Shown in pieces: positions 19,862 through 29,828 of a stretch of DNA of 64,000 nucleotides (position 1 is its first letter; every line of letters starts with the position of its first letter). Made by a program: the position numbers and the translations under genes. A model generated the notes under the pieces. It worked only from the letters and a program-made list of their open reading frames with translations. It did not search any database and was not told where the DNA came from. This DNA comes from a virus. Location of the stretch: IMG/VR virus record IMGVR_UViG_3300030117_005808, positions 1-64,000 of that record; one strand, 5' to 3'.

Positions 19862-20601
19862 ACTGGGTTTTTCCGATAGCTGGCCATGGCACCAGAACTT
19901 CTATGTTTGGAGAATATAAACCTCAAATTGAAGTTTATCCTAATTATAGTATTCTAAAGTTATGTTTAATGGGATTAAAAAGTCTTATTAAGGAAACAGA
20001 CACTTTAGTTTTTGCTGCGTCAAAACAACAGGAGGAGGAATATTCAGTCACTCATAATATTAAAAAAGTATTAAAAGAGTTAAATTTAAACAATAATGTG
20101 CATATGGCCATTCTGGAACAGACTCCACCCGGTCAAGCCTTAACGGTAAAAAAAGCAGTGCAATCCTTGTGTGATAGTCACAAGAAAGATGGGACGTTTA
20201 TCATAAATTCAGATCAGGTTGTTTTCTTTGATATTGAAAGTATAGATAAAGATTACAATTCTGTTGGCTTATATTTTAATGATGGCACCTCTTCTTGTTT
20301 CTACGATCTAGATTTTTATAACAAACGAGTGACAAATATTAAAGAGAAAGAGAAGATAAGTTGTTATGCATCAGCCGGCGTGTTTTTCTTTACAAGTGGA
20401 AAACAAGTACTGGAGTGTATAGAATGGGGACAAAAAGAACAAAAACTATACAATAATGAATTGTACTTGGGTCCTTGTATGGAATATTTTAAAGAAATCA
20501 AATATTTTAAAACAATGATCAAATTTGATTTAGGTAATGAAAATAGCCTAAACTTGTTTAAGAAATTTACAAAACAAATACTGATAGAGGAAAAAAGATG
20601 A
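19858..20601 (+). CDS. Sugar-1-phosphate nucleotidyltransferase-like protein
   Basis: PIAGHGTR...KP, GQALT, INSD, IKEKEKIS, ELYL, DLG. Confidence 0.78.
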   Translation: MNWVFPIAGHGTRTSMFGEYKPQIEVYPNYSILKLCLMGLKSLIKETDTLVFAASKQQEEEYSVTHNIKKVLKELNLNNNVHMAILEQTPPGQALTVKKAVQSLCDSHKKDGTFIINSDQVVFFDIESIDKDYNSVGLYFNDGTSSCFYDLDFYNKRVTNIKEKEKISCYASAGVFFFTSGKQVLECIEWGQKEQKLYNNELYLGPCMEYFKEIKYFKTMIKFDLGNENSLNLFKKFTKQILIEEKR

Positions 20602-21446
20602 AAATTGTAGTGTTGACGTTGGCGAACGATGAAATATGTATATGTTCCAGATGCCAGCGAGATGGTCGAACACGGGCCTACAGCGAAATGATCACAGCGA
20701 TTCGTAAAACGTGGGCTGCGGAAGAAGTTGAAGGGATAAAAAAATACTACATCTACGGACATAGAGAGGGTGTTGAATTTCCAAAAGACTCGGTGATTAT
20801 AAACTCTAAAGAGCGATACTGGCCAGATGGAGGCGCAGGAGATGGTGGGAAGCCTCACGATGTTGAACAAAAAAGAAAAGCTTTCGCAATTGACGATTGT
20901 ATTTATTCAGATACACCGGAAGGTAGAGAGAACTTATATTATAAAACAGTGGACGGCTTTGAGTGGCTAATAGAGAATGAGGATTTTGATTATTTAATAC
21001 GACCATCGGCCGGCAGCTACATTGATTTGCGACTTTTTAAAAGGTATTTAGATAATATTGGTATTAAAGATAATTTTTACGCTGGCTCGATTGGGCAGTA
21101 TAACAACTCACATAGTAAAGATCAGGCACATAATATCAAATACGCATCTGGCTCTGGGTTTATCGCCAGCAGAAACTTAATAGAAGATTTAGTCAAGAAT
21201 AGAAATGTAATCAAGCCTGTTCGCAGCAAATATGCATCAGCCACAATAGCGGATGATGTAACTTTCGCAAACCATTTTGTTCACACTCTTGGTGCAGATA
21301 TTACACCATTTCAAAAGGTACAACTCACTAGCTTAAATCAAGTATCAGCAGGGCTTAGAGATGTTATGCACTGCTATTTTACTCACACAATAAACCCCGA
21401 TTTGATGTATGCGGTGCATAAGGTCAAAGGATTATCAAATAAATGA
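20598..21446 (+). CDS. GT31 (galactosyltransferase/Fringe)-like glycosyltransferase
   Basis: AIRKTWA, NLYYKT, FDYLIR, YASGSGF..SR, DDV. Confidence 0.65.
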   Translation: MKIVVLTLANDEICICSRCQRDGRTRAYSEMITAIRKTWAAEEVEGIKKYYIYGHREGVEFPKDSVIINSKERYWPDGGAGDGGKPHDVEQKRKAFAIDDCIYSDTPEGRENLYYKTVDGFEWLIENEDFDYLIRPSAGSYIDLRLFKRYLDNIGIKDNFYAGSIGQYNNSHSKDQAHNIKYASGSGFIASRNLIEDLVKNRNVIKPVRSKYASATIADDVTFANHFVHTLGADITPFQKVQLTSLNQVSAGLRDVMHCYFTHTINPDLMYAVHKVKGLSNK

Positions 21447-22657
21447 AAGACATATATTCTAAGAAATCAAAAATATTCAATCCACAGTCAAAAATAACAG
21501 CAAACGTAGACAGGGTTGTTGAGTTTCTTGAGACCGGAAATACATCCCCAGTTCTAATAGAGGTTGATCCTAGTAACGCTTGTAACCATGCGTGCTCATT
21601 TTGTTTGTCATCGTATATACATTTTGACAAATATAAGGGCACAGAGACTTTTTCTAGAGCAGTTATGCCAAGAGACATGTTAATGGGGTTATGTCAAGAC
21701 TTTGTTGATATGGGAGTACGCGCTGTCAATTGGACAGGGGGAGGCGAACCAACTTTGAATAAGCACCTCAAAGAAGCTATTGAATATTGTGGGTCACATG
21801 GAATTAAGATGGGGATGTTTACGAATGGAACATTATTTGATAAATGGGATATGTTTGACGCTCTAGTTGACAATATGACGTGGGTTCGCATATCAGTGGA
21901 CGCTGGCACTAGAGAAACTTATAATAATGTTCGAAGAGCGAGGGGTAAACAAAACTGGGACAAAATGGTGGAAAATTTGACCAAACTTATTGAGGTCAAT
22001 AACAGCAAAGGTAAGAAAATAGACATAGGCGTTGGTTATGTTGTCTCTCCTGACACATACCATGAAATAGTTGATTTTGCAAAATTCTTTAAAGACTTTG
22101 ATCTAACTTACTGCCAATACAAGCCAGAAATCGTTATTCGCGAGGACGGCGGCGAGCAACGAGAGTTAGAATTTTGGAGAGACAAAGTTGGCCCTTTGCT
22201 AGCGGAAGCAGAGGAGATACTGGGAGACAAGTTTCAGGTTAATGGATATAAATTTGAAGACCTTGCAACTGACAGAGAGAAGTTTGGGCGCAACTATAAG
22301 AAATGTTTAGGGTCGCAAATATCTCCATGTATTGGTGCTGATGGGCACATATATGTATGCACCAACCACAGGGGGTGGAAGCAATACAGTTATGGTTGTT
22401 TGTACGATGGTAAAACATTTAAAGAAATCTGGTCTGATATGGAGCGTCGAGGGGCTGTAATGGGTCTAATAGAAAATATTGAGTGCTTTTCTAATTGCAC
22501 GAAGTTGTGTAAGCCCCATGAGAGCAACAAGGCTATATGGAACATATCTCAACACATGGGATCTTTAGGTCCTGCCGAGAAAGAGTCTTACATTAAATCT
22601 TTGGTTGAAGACCAAATTGAGGCCTTGAGGACAGTCCGTCACCCGGAGTTTATATGA
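21443..22657 (+). CDS. Radical SAM enzyme with SPASM/twitch domain
   Basis: CNHACSFC (CxxxCxxC), GGGEPT, TNG, C-terminal KC...IGADGHIYVC...CFSNCTKLC. Confidence 0.9.
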   Translation: MKDIYSKKSKIFNPQSKITANVDRVVEFLETGNTSPVLIEVDPSNACNHACSFCLSSYIHFDKYKGTETFSRAVMPRDMLMGLCQDFVDMGVRAVNWTGGGEPTLNKHLKEAIEYCGSHGIKMGMFTNGTLFDKWDMFDALVDNMTWVRISVDAGTRETYNNVRRARGKQNWDKMVENLTKLIEVNNSKGKKIDIGVGYVVSPDTYHEIVDFAKFFKDFDLTYCQYKPEIVIREDGGEQRELEFWRDKVGPLLAEAEEILGDKFQVNGYKFEDLATDREKFGRNYKKCLGSQISPCIGADGHIYVCTNHRGWKQYSYGCLYDGKTFKEIWSDMERRGAVMGLIENIECFSNCTKLCKPHESNKAIWNISQHMGSLGPAEKESYIKSLVEDQIEALRTVRHPEFI

Positions 22658-23157
22658 TTACTATTGTTGATGGTTTAGGCCAAGTTGGAAAGGCCTTGCA
22701 GACCAAAACAAATGATCGAGTATTCAAAAGGTCTGCGTTTGTTTATCACACATGGAATCCATGGGATAAAAGTCGTAATATACAAAAACAAGAACATTTA
22801 AAATTCAAAGCGTTTGTTGACGAGCACAAAGATGAAAGAATTATATTTGTCTCCACTTACTCACAAGATAACAATTACTACGTTCACTACAAGCAAATAT
22901 CGGAGGCATATTTAATAACAAACTGCAAATTTGGTTTTGTTATTAGGCTACCAAACCTAATCGGAAACAAGGGAATATTTAAGAAACTAAAAGAAAAACA
23001 GGCGCTACCATATGGTTCGATGGAACTAATGAAAGTTGATCAAGCTGTTGAACAAATATTAGATTTAGTTAATTATGATGGAGTTGTAAGAGTGCATACT
23101 GCCAAGGGTGAGAATGTATCGGCCAGTATTGTCAACGAATTAATACATAAAATTTAA
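22654..23157 (+). CDS. Minimal Rossmann/epimerase-like protein
   Basis: GLGQVG, FVST, YVHYK (YxxxK), IRLPNLIG in only 167 aa. Confidence 0.55.
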   Translation: MITIVDGLGQVGKALQTKTNDRVFKRSAFVYHTWNPWDKSRNIQKQEHLKFKAFVDEHKDERIIFVSTYSQDNNYYVHYKQISEAYLITNCKFGFVIRLPNLIGNKGIFKKLKEKQALPYGSMELMKVDQAVEQILDLVNYDGVVRVHTAKGENVSASIVNELIHKI

Positions 23158-23160
23158 GGG

Positions 23161-24315
23161 GTGCATCATATGGAAAAAGAAAAAAACCCGACATCAAAAA
23201 TAGCTTTACTATTTAACAGCCGGAATAATTACAGATTATTTGAGGATATATTCTTTAGACACACAGTCGTAGACTTTTCAGATTATTATATTTTTAATAT
23301 CGATCTAGGCTCTAGGGAAGAACAGAGAGAAAATGCGAAACAACTCTTAGAAAACTATGGGATTATCGACATTGAAGTTAATATGAAAGATCCTAATATT
23401 TATTCTGCTAGTCGAACTATGGAACTCTGCATGGAATACATAGAGGAAAATAATTTAGATATTGATTGGCTAATGTGGTATTCTCATGATTGTCATATGA
23501 TCGGTAATCAGTTTATGATTAAACTAGAAGAAAAGATAGAGGAAAATCCTAGATTTAATGAAGAAGTGGGTATGATTGGGTTTTGTGATTATAATACGGT
23601 TGAAGTGGGTAGCCCAATTCATGGCCGTGGCATGCTTCTAAAAGGAATAGCAGACAAGCCTCACCGTGGCTGGTATGAACACATGCCTGAAGAATATCAA
23701 AAAGCTGAATATTTTATTGTTGAAGCACCACAGGATAATGGTGCCCTTTTCAATATCAAATTATATAAGAAATACATTGTTTCAGATTATAAGTACATAC
23801 TTTACAACTGGATGGATGATATCGCTGCTCAATTTGGTGTGAATCGGATAGCATCGATTTGTATCCCATCGTTAGAAATGGCAGACCTATATAGAGAAAA
23901 ACACAATTTTAATGTTTCTCGTTCGCTTTCAAATAATAATGAATTTCACATGGATTCTCCACAAAAGGCAAAAAGCTTGACACCTCATTGGCGAAAAAAA
24001 TATTTATACTCTCGACCGAAAGGTCACGAAGAACAGTTCATCAAAGAAATAGATAAGTATAGAAACTCCATACAAGATCATCTATTTAACTGGAGTGTCG
24101 CTGACGGACCAAAAACATTGGATGACTTGAGAAGCAATTCTGACCTCACATTGAGTGAGTTAAGAGGGATGGCCCGCGCACGCGGAATCAAGCGATATTC
24201 TACAATGAATAAAACAGAATTGTTGCGCTCTTTGGATACTAAAATTAACCCTATACGAGTTTACCCATATGGGCTAATGACCGAGAAACCAAAGGAAGAT
24301 GCAGTCAGTGAATAA
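23161..24315 (+). CDS. GT2-like protein with C-terminal Rho-N/HeH domain
   Basis: FNSRNN...NIDLGS...WYSHDC GT-A-like core; C-terminal LTLSELRGMARARGIKRYSTMNKTELL matches the Rho termination factor N-terminal HeH pattern. Confidence 0.6.
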   Translation: MHHMEKEKNPTSKIALLFNSRNNYRLFEDIFFRHTVVDFSDYYIFNIDLGSREEQRENAKQLLENYGIIDIEVNMKDPNIYSASRTMELCMEYIEENNLDIDWLMWYSHDCHMIGNQFMIKLEEKIEENPRFNEEVGMIGFCDYNTVEVGSPIHGRGMLLKGIADKPHRGWYEHMPEEYQKAEYFIVEAPQDNGALFNIKLYKKYIVSDYKYILYNWMDDIAAQFGVNRIASICIPSLEMADLYREKHNFNVSRSLSNNNEFHMDSPQKAKSLTPHWRKKYLYSRPKGHEEQFIKEIDKYRNSIQDHLFNWSVADGPKTLDDLRSNSDLTLSELRGMARARGIKRYSTMNKTELLRSLDTKINPIRVYPYGLMTEKPKEDAVSE

Positions 24316-24715
24316 GATATATTCTAAACAACAAGAAGGCAAATTATTACACATAATACTAAGAAAAGAAGATGTTTGTAGTGAGCGAATGAATGTTATA
24401 GAAGATGAGCAATTTTTGCAACTCGCCGCAATGAGATTACCAGCCGGTAAAACGTTTAAGCCTCACAAGCATATTCACTGTGAAAAACATACTCTTATTG
24501 CTCAAGAATCTTGGGTAGTTATTTCAGGAAAAGTAAAAGCAATCCTTTATGACTTGGACGATACAATCATATCCGAGGTTGTATTAAACGCTGGAGATTG
24601 TAGTATAACTTTGTATGGTGGCCATACTTATGAGATTTTAGAGGATGGCACCTTGGTCTATGAATATAAAACCGGGCCGTATTTAGGAATAGAGATGGAT
24701 AAGGAATTTATATGA
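24299..24715 (+). CDS. WbuC-like cupin
   Basis: PHKH...QESWVVISG...GHT...EYKTGPY. Confidence 0.75.
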   Translation: MQSVNKIYSKQQEGKLLHIILRKEDVCSERMNVIEDEQFLQLAAMRLPAGKTFKPHKHIHCEKHTLIAQESWVVISGKVKAILYDLDDTIISEVVLNAGDCSITLYGGHTYEILEDGTLVYEYKTGPYLGIEMDKEFI

Positions 24716-25254
24716 TAAAATTGCATTTAGGTTGCGGGTGGAGAAACTTTGGACCCGATTGGGTACACATAGATGGTGGAGATTATGAGCATTTAGATGC
24801 TAAATCAATCACGGACTTATCTCAATATAATGACGCATCAGTTGATCTTATTTATTCATCTCATGTGGTTGAGTATTTTGATAGGGATGAGTTTGCCAGT
24901 GTTCTACTAGAATGGAAGCGAGTGCTTAAGCCAGAGGGGAGATTAAGAATAGCAGTGCCAAACTTTGAAGTTTTAAGTAGTCTTTATAATAAAGGTAAGA
25001 TTGGGTTGGATAAGGTTTTAGGTCCGCTATACGGAAAAATGATTATGAGTAATAAAACTATTTATCATCGAACAGTATATGATTTTAAAAGTTTAAAAAA
25101 TATGTTGACAAAGGCTGATTTTCGTGATATAGTTATATATGACTGGCGTGAAACTGAACACTCGAACTTTGATGATCATTCGCAAGCATATATACCACAC
25201 ATGGATAAAGATAATGGAGTCTTGATTAGCTTAAATGTCGAGTGCCGCAAGTGA
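24712..25254 (+). CDS. Class I SAM-dependent methyltransferase (type 11-like)
   Basis: KLHLGCG, SSHVVEY, RVLKPEGRLRIAVP. Confidence 0.85.
   Translation: MIKLHLGCGWRNFGPDWVHIDGGDYEHLDAKSITDLSQYNDASVDLIYSSHVVEYFDRDEFASVLLEWKRVLKPEGRLRIAVPNFEVLSSLYNKGKIGLDKVLGPLYGKMIMSNKTIYHRTVYDFKSLKNMLTKADFRDIVIYDWRETEHSNFDDHSQAYIPHMDKDNGVLISLNVECRK
25105..25133 (+). promoter_or_regulatory. Intragenic sigma70 promoter with extended -10
   Basis: TTGACA (25105-25110), 17 bp, TGn-TATAGT (25128-25133). Confidence 0.65.
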
Positions 25255-25850
25255 GCTTTGAGTCTGTGGAACATTTTGAAAATGCGATCGCAGAGTTTTA
25301 TGGTTCCCCTTACGCTGTAGCTACAGATTGTTGCACTCATGCGATTGAGTTATGTCTAAGATACAGCAATATCACATCCTTAGTAGTGCCAAAGCGGACT
25401 TATATATCCGTTCCCTTTTTGGCCAATAAATTAAATATAGAATTAAAGTGGAAAGATGAAGAATGGAGCGACTATTATTATTTAGGTGATACTAATATCA
25501 TAGATGCTGCCGTTTTGTGGAGAGAGGATTCTTACATACCGGGCACACTCATGTGCCTTAGTTTTCAGTTTAGAAAGCACTTAAATTTAGGAAGAGGGGG
25601 TATGATTCTCACAGACAATCAAGATTCATTTTCAATGCTAAAGAAAATGTCTTATGATGGTAGAGACCCAAACATTCCATGGCGGGAACAAGACATAGAA
25701 ACTGTTGGATATCACTACTACATGACCCCGGAGACAGCGACTTTAGGGCTGAACAAATTACCAGACGCTATAAAAACCCAGCCAACAAAATGGTCTATAT
25801 TAGACTGGCCAGATCTAACAAAGATGAAAATTTTTAGAGAGAAAAAGTGA
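25251..25850 (+). CDS. Miniaturised DegT-family aminotransferase-like protein (~200 aa)
   Basis: AVATDCCTHA, IDAA, SFQFRKHL.LGRGG, GYHYYM; probable GTG start overlapping upstream stop. Confidence 0.78.
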   Translation: MSFESVEHFENAIAEFYGSPYAVATDCCTHAIELCLRYSNITSLVVPKRTYISVPFLANKLNIELKWKDEEWSDYYYLGDTNIIDAAVLWREDSYIPGTLMCLSFQFRKHLNLGRGGMILTDNQDSFSMLKKMSYDGRDPNIPWREQDIETVGYHYYMTPETATLGLNKLPDAIKTQPTKWSILDWPDLTKMKIFREKK

Positions 25851-26611
25851 AACCACAAATATCAATTATAACCGCTACACACTACAGGCCTGATTTATTA
25901 GCAAGATGTATCAAGGCGGTGCAACAGTCTACTTTTAAAAACTACGAACACATAGTGGTTTCAGATCACTGTCCCAAGGCTCGTCAAGTATATGATATGT
26001 TTAAGGATGATAAGAGAATTAGGTTTTTTGAAAATCCGCCACCCCATATACCAAACCAAGGTTCCCGTGCCCAAAATTTAGGAATACAGGTTTCAAGATC
26101 TGAAAATATTTGTTATTGTAATGATGATAATATTATCATGCCTAATCACTTAGGCCTGCTACACAATGCATTATCAACGGGAGAACATGATGTTGTTTAT
26201 TTAATGACACATGAAATACGCTGCGGACGTGGAGACAACTCTATCAAAAATATTGTGAAGCGGGACTTCTTTAAAGACTTAGAACCAGAAAAATATGTTA
26301 AATCAGATTTATTATATTCAAACCCAAGGGATATGTCCAATCTTGGGCACACAAAAGAGATAATTAAGAAGTCTGGACAGTGGAAGTTAGCGCACGAATG
26401 TCACCTGAACGTAGAGGATACTGATTTTTTGAATCGCTTGGATGAGGCCGCAGGCGATAGAATAAAAAATATCTTAACTTATAGCAATGTGTACTACGTT
26501 AGAAATTCTTGTTTTCATCGAGATAATGTTTATCATGATAAAGTAAAAAATATGTCACAAGATGAAGTATTTGTTTATCCTGAGCTTTTGAAAACAACAG
26601 GTGTTATTTAA
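25847..26611 (+). CDS. Glycosyltransferase family 2
   Basis: ISIITAT..RP, VVSD, YCNDDN, EDTDF. Confidence 0.85.
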   Translation: MKPQISIITATHYRPDLLARCIKAVQQSTFKNYEHIVVSDHCPKARQVYDMFKDDKRIRFFENPPPHIPNQGSRAQNLGIQVSRSENICYCNDDNIIMPNHLGLLHNALSTGEHDVVYLMTHEIRCGRGDNSIKNIVKRDFFKDLEPEKYVKSDLLYSNPRDMSNLGHTKEIIKKSGQWKLAHECHLNVEDTDFLNRLDEAAGDRIKNILTYSNVYYVRNSCFHRDNVYHDKVKNMSQDEVFVYPELLKTTGVI

Positions 26612-26612
26612 T

Positions 26613-27590
26613 ATGGCCAAGCGAGCACTAATAACAGGAATCTCAGGTCAGGACGGAAGTTATTTGGCTGAACACTTACTTGATCTTGGGTATGAAGTTC
26701 ATGGTGTTATCAGGAGGACTTCTGTTGCTGAAAATCAAGATAGCAGGATCAAACACTTGCAGGACATAGTTAACACTCACTATGGTGATATGTTAGATCA
26801 GCCATCCTTAACAAAAATATTAGTGGATGTTCAGCCGGATGAAATCTATAATTTAGCAGCGATGAGTCACGTTCGAATCAGCTTTGATGTCCCGTCATTT
26901 ACTATACAGACTAATGGCATAGCGGTTCTAAACTTGCTGGAAGCGTATAGAATGTTTGCACCGAGTGCAAAATTTTATCAAGCTAGTTCATCAGAAATGT
27001 TCGGCAATTCAGTGGATGAGGATGGAGTCCAAAGACTAACAACTCCGATGAATCCGGTTAGCCCATATGGATGTGCCAAGCTATTAGCATATAATCTGGT
27101 TAGACACTACAGACACGCTTATGGTCTTCATGCTTGCAATGGAATTTTGTTTAATCACGAATCTCCTCGGAGGGGTTCAAATTTTGTTACCAACAAGGTT
27201 GTAAAAACAGCCGTTGAAATAAAGAAAGGTTTAAAAGATAGGCTTGAATTAGGCAACCTAGACTCTTATCGAGACTGGGGCCATTCTAAAGATTATGTGA
27301 AAGCCATGCATATGATAGTAAATCATCACACCCCTGATGAGTTTATAGTCGCCACTGGTGAAACAAATTCTGTTCGCGACTTGTGTGACTACGTTTTTAA
27401 AAAGTTAGGTATGGATTATAAAGACTGGGTTATACAGAATCCAAAGTTTATGAGGCCTGAAGAATTAAATTATTTAAAAGGGGACTCAACAAAAATAAGG
27501 AAAACTTTATCTTGGGAACCAGTATATGATTTTGAGGATCTCATAGATGAAATGATAGCACACTGGATAATAAAACTGGAGAACACATAA
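26613..27590 (+). CDS. gmd: GDP-mannose 4,6-dehydratase, copy 1
   Basis: [46 protein letters not shown]. Confidence 0.95.
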   Translation: MAKRALITGISGQDGSYLAEHLLDLGYEVHGVIRRTSVAENQDSRIKHLQDIVNTHYGDMLDQPSLTKILVDVQPDEIYNLAAMSHVRISFDVPSFTIQTNGIAVLNLLEAYRMFAPSAKFYQASSSEMFGNSVDEDGVQRLTTPMNPVSPYGCAKLLAYNLVRHYRHAYGLHACNGILFNHESPRRGSNFVTNKVVKTAVEIKKGLKDRLELGNLDSYRDWGHSKDYVKAMHMIVNHHTPDEFIVATGETNSVRDLCDYVFKKLGMDYKDWVIQNPKFMRPEELNYLKGDSTKIRKTLSWEPVYDFEDLIDEMIAHWIIKLENT

Positions 27591-27940
27591 TGGAAAAAAT
27601 TAAGTTTGTGCCCAAAGGATGGGGTTTTGAAAAATGGATTGTTAACTGCGAGGAGTATTGTGGCAAACTGTTATACTTTGTTAAGGATAAGCGATGTTCA
27701 TGGCACTATCACAAGCTAAAAGATGAAGTATTCTATATACAGTCAGGCAGAATGCTTGTGAGATATTCGGATGAAGACGATTTAAATAATGCAGAAGAAA
27801 TAGAACTTGGTCCGGGCGACAAATTTCATGTTTATCGTGGATTACGACATCAGATGTACGCATTAGAAGACACAGAGCTATTTGAATTTTCAACTCAGCA
27901 TTTTGATTCTGACAGTTATAGAATAGTAAGAGGAGATTAG
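27590..27940 (+). CDS. Cupin, mannose-6-phosphate isomerase-like
   Basis: PKGWG.E, SWHYHKLKDE, RH, EFST. Confidence 0.78.
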   Translation: MEKIKFVPKGWGFEKWIVNCEEYCGKLLYFVKDKRCSWHYHKLKDEVFYIQSGRMLVRYSDEDDLNNAEEIELGPGDKFHVYRGLRHQMYALEDTELFEFSTQHFDSDSYRIVRGD

Positions 27941-27944
27941 CTGT

Positions 27945-28859
27945 ATGTCTACAGGACTTGTGGTAACAGGCGGCTCAGGCATGGTGGGAACAGCGTTTAA
28001 AAAACTCTGCCCGGAGGCTGATTATCCGAATAGAAGCCAATTTCATAGCGGAATGTACGACGCAGAAGGCAAGAACTTAGTTCACCTTGCTGCTAAGGTT
28101 GGTGGTGTAAAGGCAAACACTGATGAGATAGGTGATTTTTATAGAACAAACTCTATGATTAATCAAAAGCTTCTGCATCATGCATATGTATCAAAGGCAA
28201 ATAAAGTCGTTTCAATGTTATCAACTTGTGTTTATCCTGATGCACCTTACATCACATATCCATTAACAGAGGAGCAACTGCATCTTGGGCCACCACATTC
28301 ATCAAACTTTGGCTACGCTTATGCAAAAAGAATGGTGGATGTTATGTCCCGCGCATACCGTCAGCAATATGGGTGTAATTTTATTACTGCTATACCTAAT
28401 AATTTGTATGGTGAGAATGATAATTTTCACTTAGAAGATAGCCATGTTATACCTGCTATTATTCGTAAGGTGTGGGAAGCTAAAATAAACAAGAAGCCTT
28501 TTGTAAAGTGTTGGGGCGACGGATCTCCGCTGAGAGAGTTTACATATTCTGAAGACGCTGCTAAAATATTATTATTTTTGTTAGACAACTATGATGATCC
28601 CGAGCCCATAAACATAGGAAATACAGAGGAATACTCTATTAAGCAAGTTGCCGAAATGATATGCTCTATCATGGAATACGATGGTAAAATTCTATGGGAT
28701 ACAGCTATGCCAGCAGGTCAGTATAGAAAACCAAGTTCAAATCAAAAGCTTTTAGATCTTGGTTGGAAAAAAGAATGGTATACTTCTTTGCAAAAAGGCT
28801 TGACTAAAACTTGCAAATGGGTTATATTAAAGTATCCAAGCATAAGAGGTGTCTCTTGA
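27945..28859 (+). CDS. fcl: GDP-L-fucose synthase (epimerase/reductase)
   Basis: [22 protein letters not shown] (catalytic Cys), YAYAK, NLYG, SHVIP (catalytic His), REF. Confidence 0.92.
   Translation: MSTGLVVTGGSGMVGTAFKKLCPEADYPNRSQFHSGMYDAEGKNLVHLAAKVGGVKANTDEIGDFYRTNSMINQKLLHHAYVSKANKVVSMLSTCVYPDAPYITYPLTEEQLHLGPPHSSNFGYAYAKRMVDVMSRAYRQQYGCNFITAIPNNLYGENDNFHLEDSHVIPAIIRKVWEAKINKKPFVKCWGDGSPLREFTYSEDAAKILLFLLDNYDDPEPINIGNTEEYSIKQVAEMICSIMEYDGKILWDTAMPAGQYRKPSSNQKLLDLGWKKEWYTSLQKGLTKTCKWVILKYPSIRGVS
28800..28828 (+). promoter_or_regulatory. Intragenic sigma70 promoter upstream of gmd copy 2
   Basis: TTGACT (28800-28805), 17 bp, TATATT (28823-28828); GAGGT RBS and TTG start 28856 follow. 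Confidence 0.65.
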
Positions 28860-29818
28860 AAACAGCTTTAATAACTGGAATAACAGGACAAGATGGATCT
28901 TATCTAGCAGAACTTCTTCTGGAAAAAGGATATAGAGTAGTTGGTCTTAAGCGAAGAACTTCTACTATTTGCACCGAACGTCTTGATCACATTTTTGAAC
29001 ACCCTAAATTTACCATGAGATATTTTGAACTAAATGATTCCGGATGCATGTGGCGATTACTTAACGAGTACAAGCCAGATGAAATTTACAATCTTGCAGC
29101 CCAGTCTCATGTTCGAGTATCCTTTGAAGTGCCAGAAAGCACTACGGACACTATCGTGATGGGGACTCTTCGTTTACTGGAGGCAATGCGGCATATTGTA
29201 CCGAATGCACGTTTTTATCAAGCATCCTCTTCAGAGATGTTTGGGGATAACCCTGAGAGTCCACAGGATGAGTCTACAGCCCTTCAGCCCGCTTCCCCAT
29301 ACGCCTGCGCTAAAGTGTATGCTCATCACCTTGTAAGGAACTACAGAGAGGCTTACGGACTACATGCCTCATCAGGCATTCTTTTTAATCATGAGTCTCC
29401 CCGCAGGGGCGAAACGTTTGTCACACGAAAAATTACTTTAGCTGCTGCTAAAATTAAATTGGGATTACAGGATAAGCTTTATCTTGGTAATTTAGATGCC
29501 ATGCGCGACTGGGGTTTCGCTGGAGACTACGTTAAAATGATGTGGCTAATGTTACAACAAGACGAACCAGACGATTATGTCATCGCGACTGGCGAGACTC
29601 ACTCTGTTAAAGAATTCTTAGAGGTGGTTTTTGATCACGCTGGTCTAGACATTGAAAAATACGTCGAACAAGATCCGCGCCTGTTCAGACCCCATGAGGT
29701 CCCGCTGCTGTTGGGGGATGCCACAAAGGCAAAAAATAAACTAGGCTGGAAACCTGAAATTAAATTCAAAGAACTGGCTATTATGATGTATGAAGAGGAA
29801 TATAAATCCCTTCTATAA
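28856..29818 (+). CDS. gmd: GDP-mannose 4,6-dehydratase, copy 2
   Basis: [53 protein letters not shown]. Confidence 0.95.
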   Translation: MKTALITGITGQDGSYLAELLLEKGYRVVGLKRRTSTICTERLDHIFEHPKFTMRYFELNDSGCMWRLLNEYKPDEIYNLAAQSHVRVSFEVPESTTDTIVMGTLRLLEAMRHIVPNARFYQASSSEMFGDNPESPQDESTALQPASPYACAKVYAHHLVRNYREAYGLHASSGILFNHESPRRGETFVTRKITLAAAKIKLGLQDKLYLGNLDAMRDWGFAGDYVKMMWLMLQQDEPDDYVIATGETHSVKEFLEVVFDHAGLDIEKYVEQDPRLFRPHEVPLLLGDATKAKNKLGWKPEIKFKELAIMMYEEEYKSLL

Positions 29819-29828
29819 AGGAGATACG

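Noticed and set aside
8493-22657. Aminoglycoside/aminocyclitol antibiotic cluster (StrG-like, DegT/StrS, BtrN-like radical SAM, IolB)
   Set aside because: No cyclitol synthase, resistance or export gene; NeuB, cytidylyltransferase and many GTs fit glycan synthesis better.
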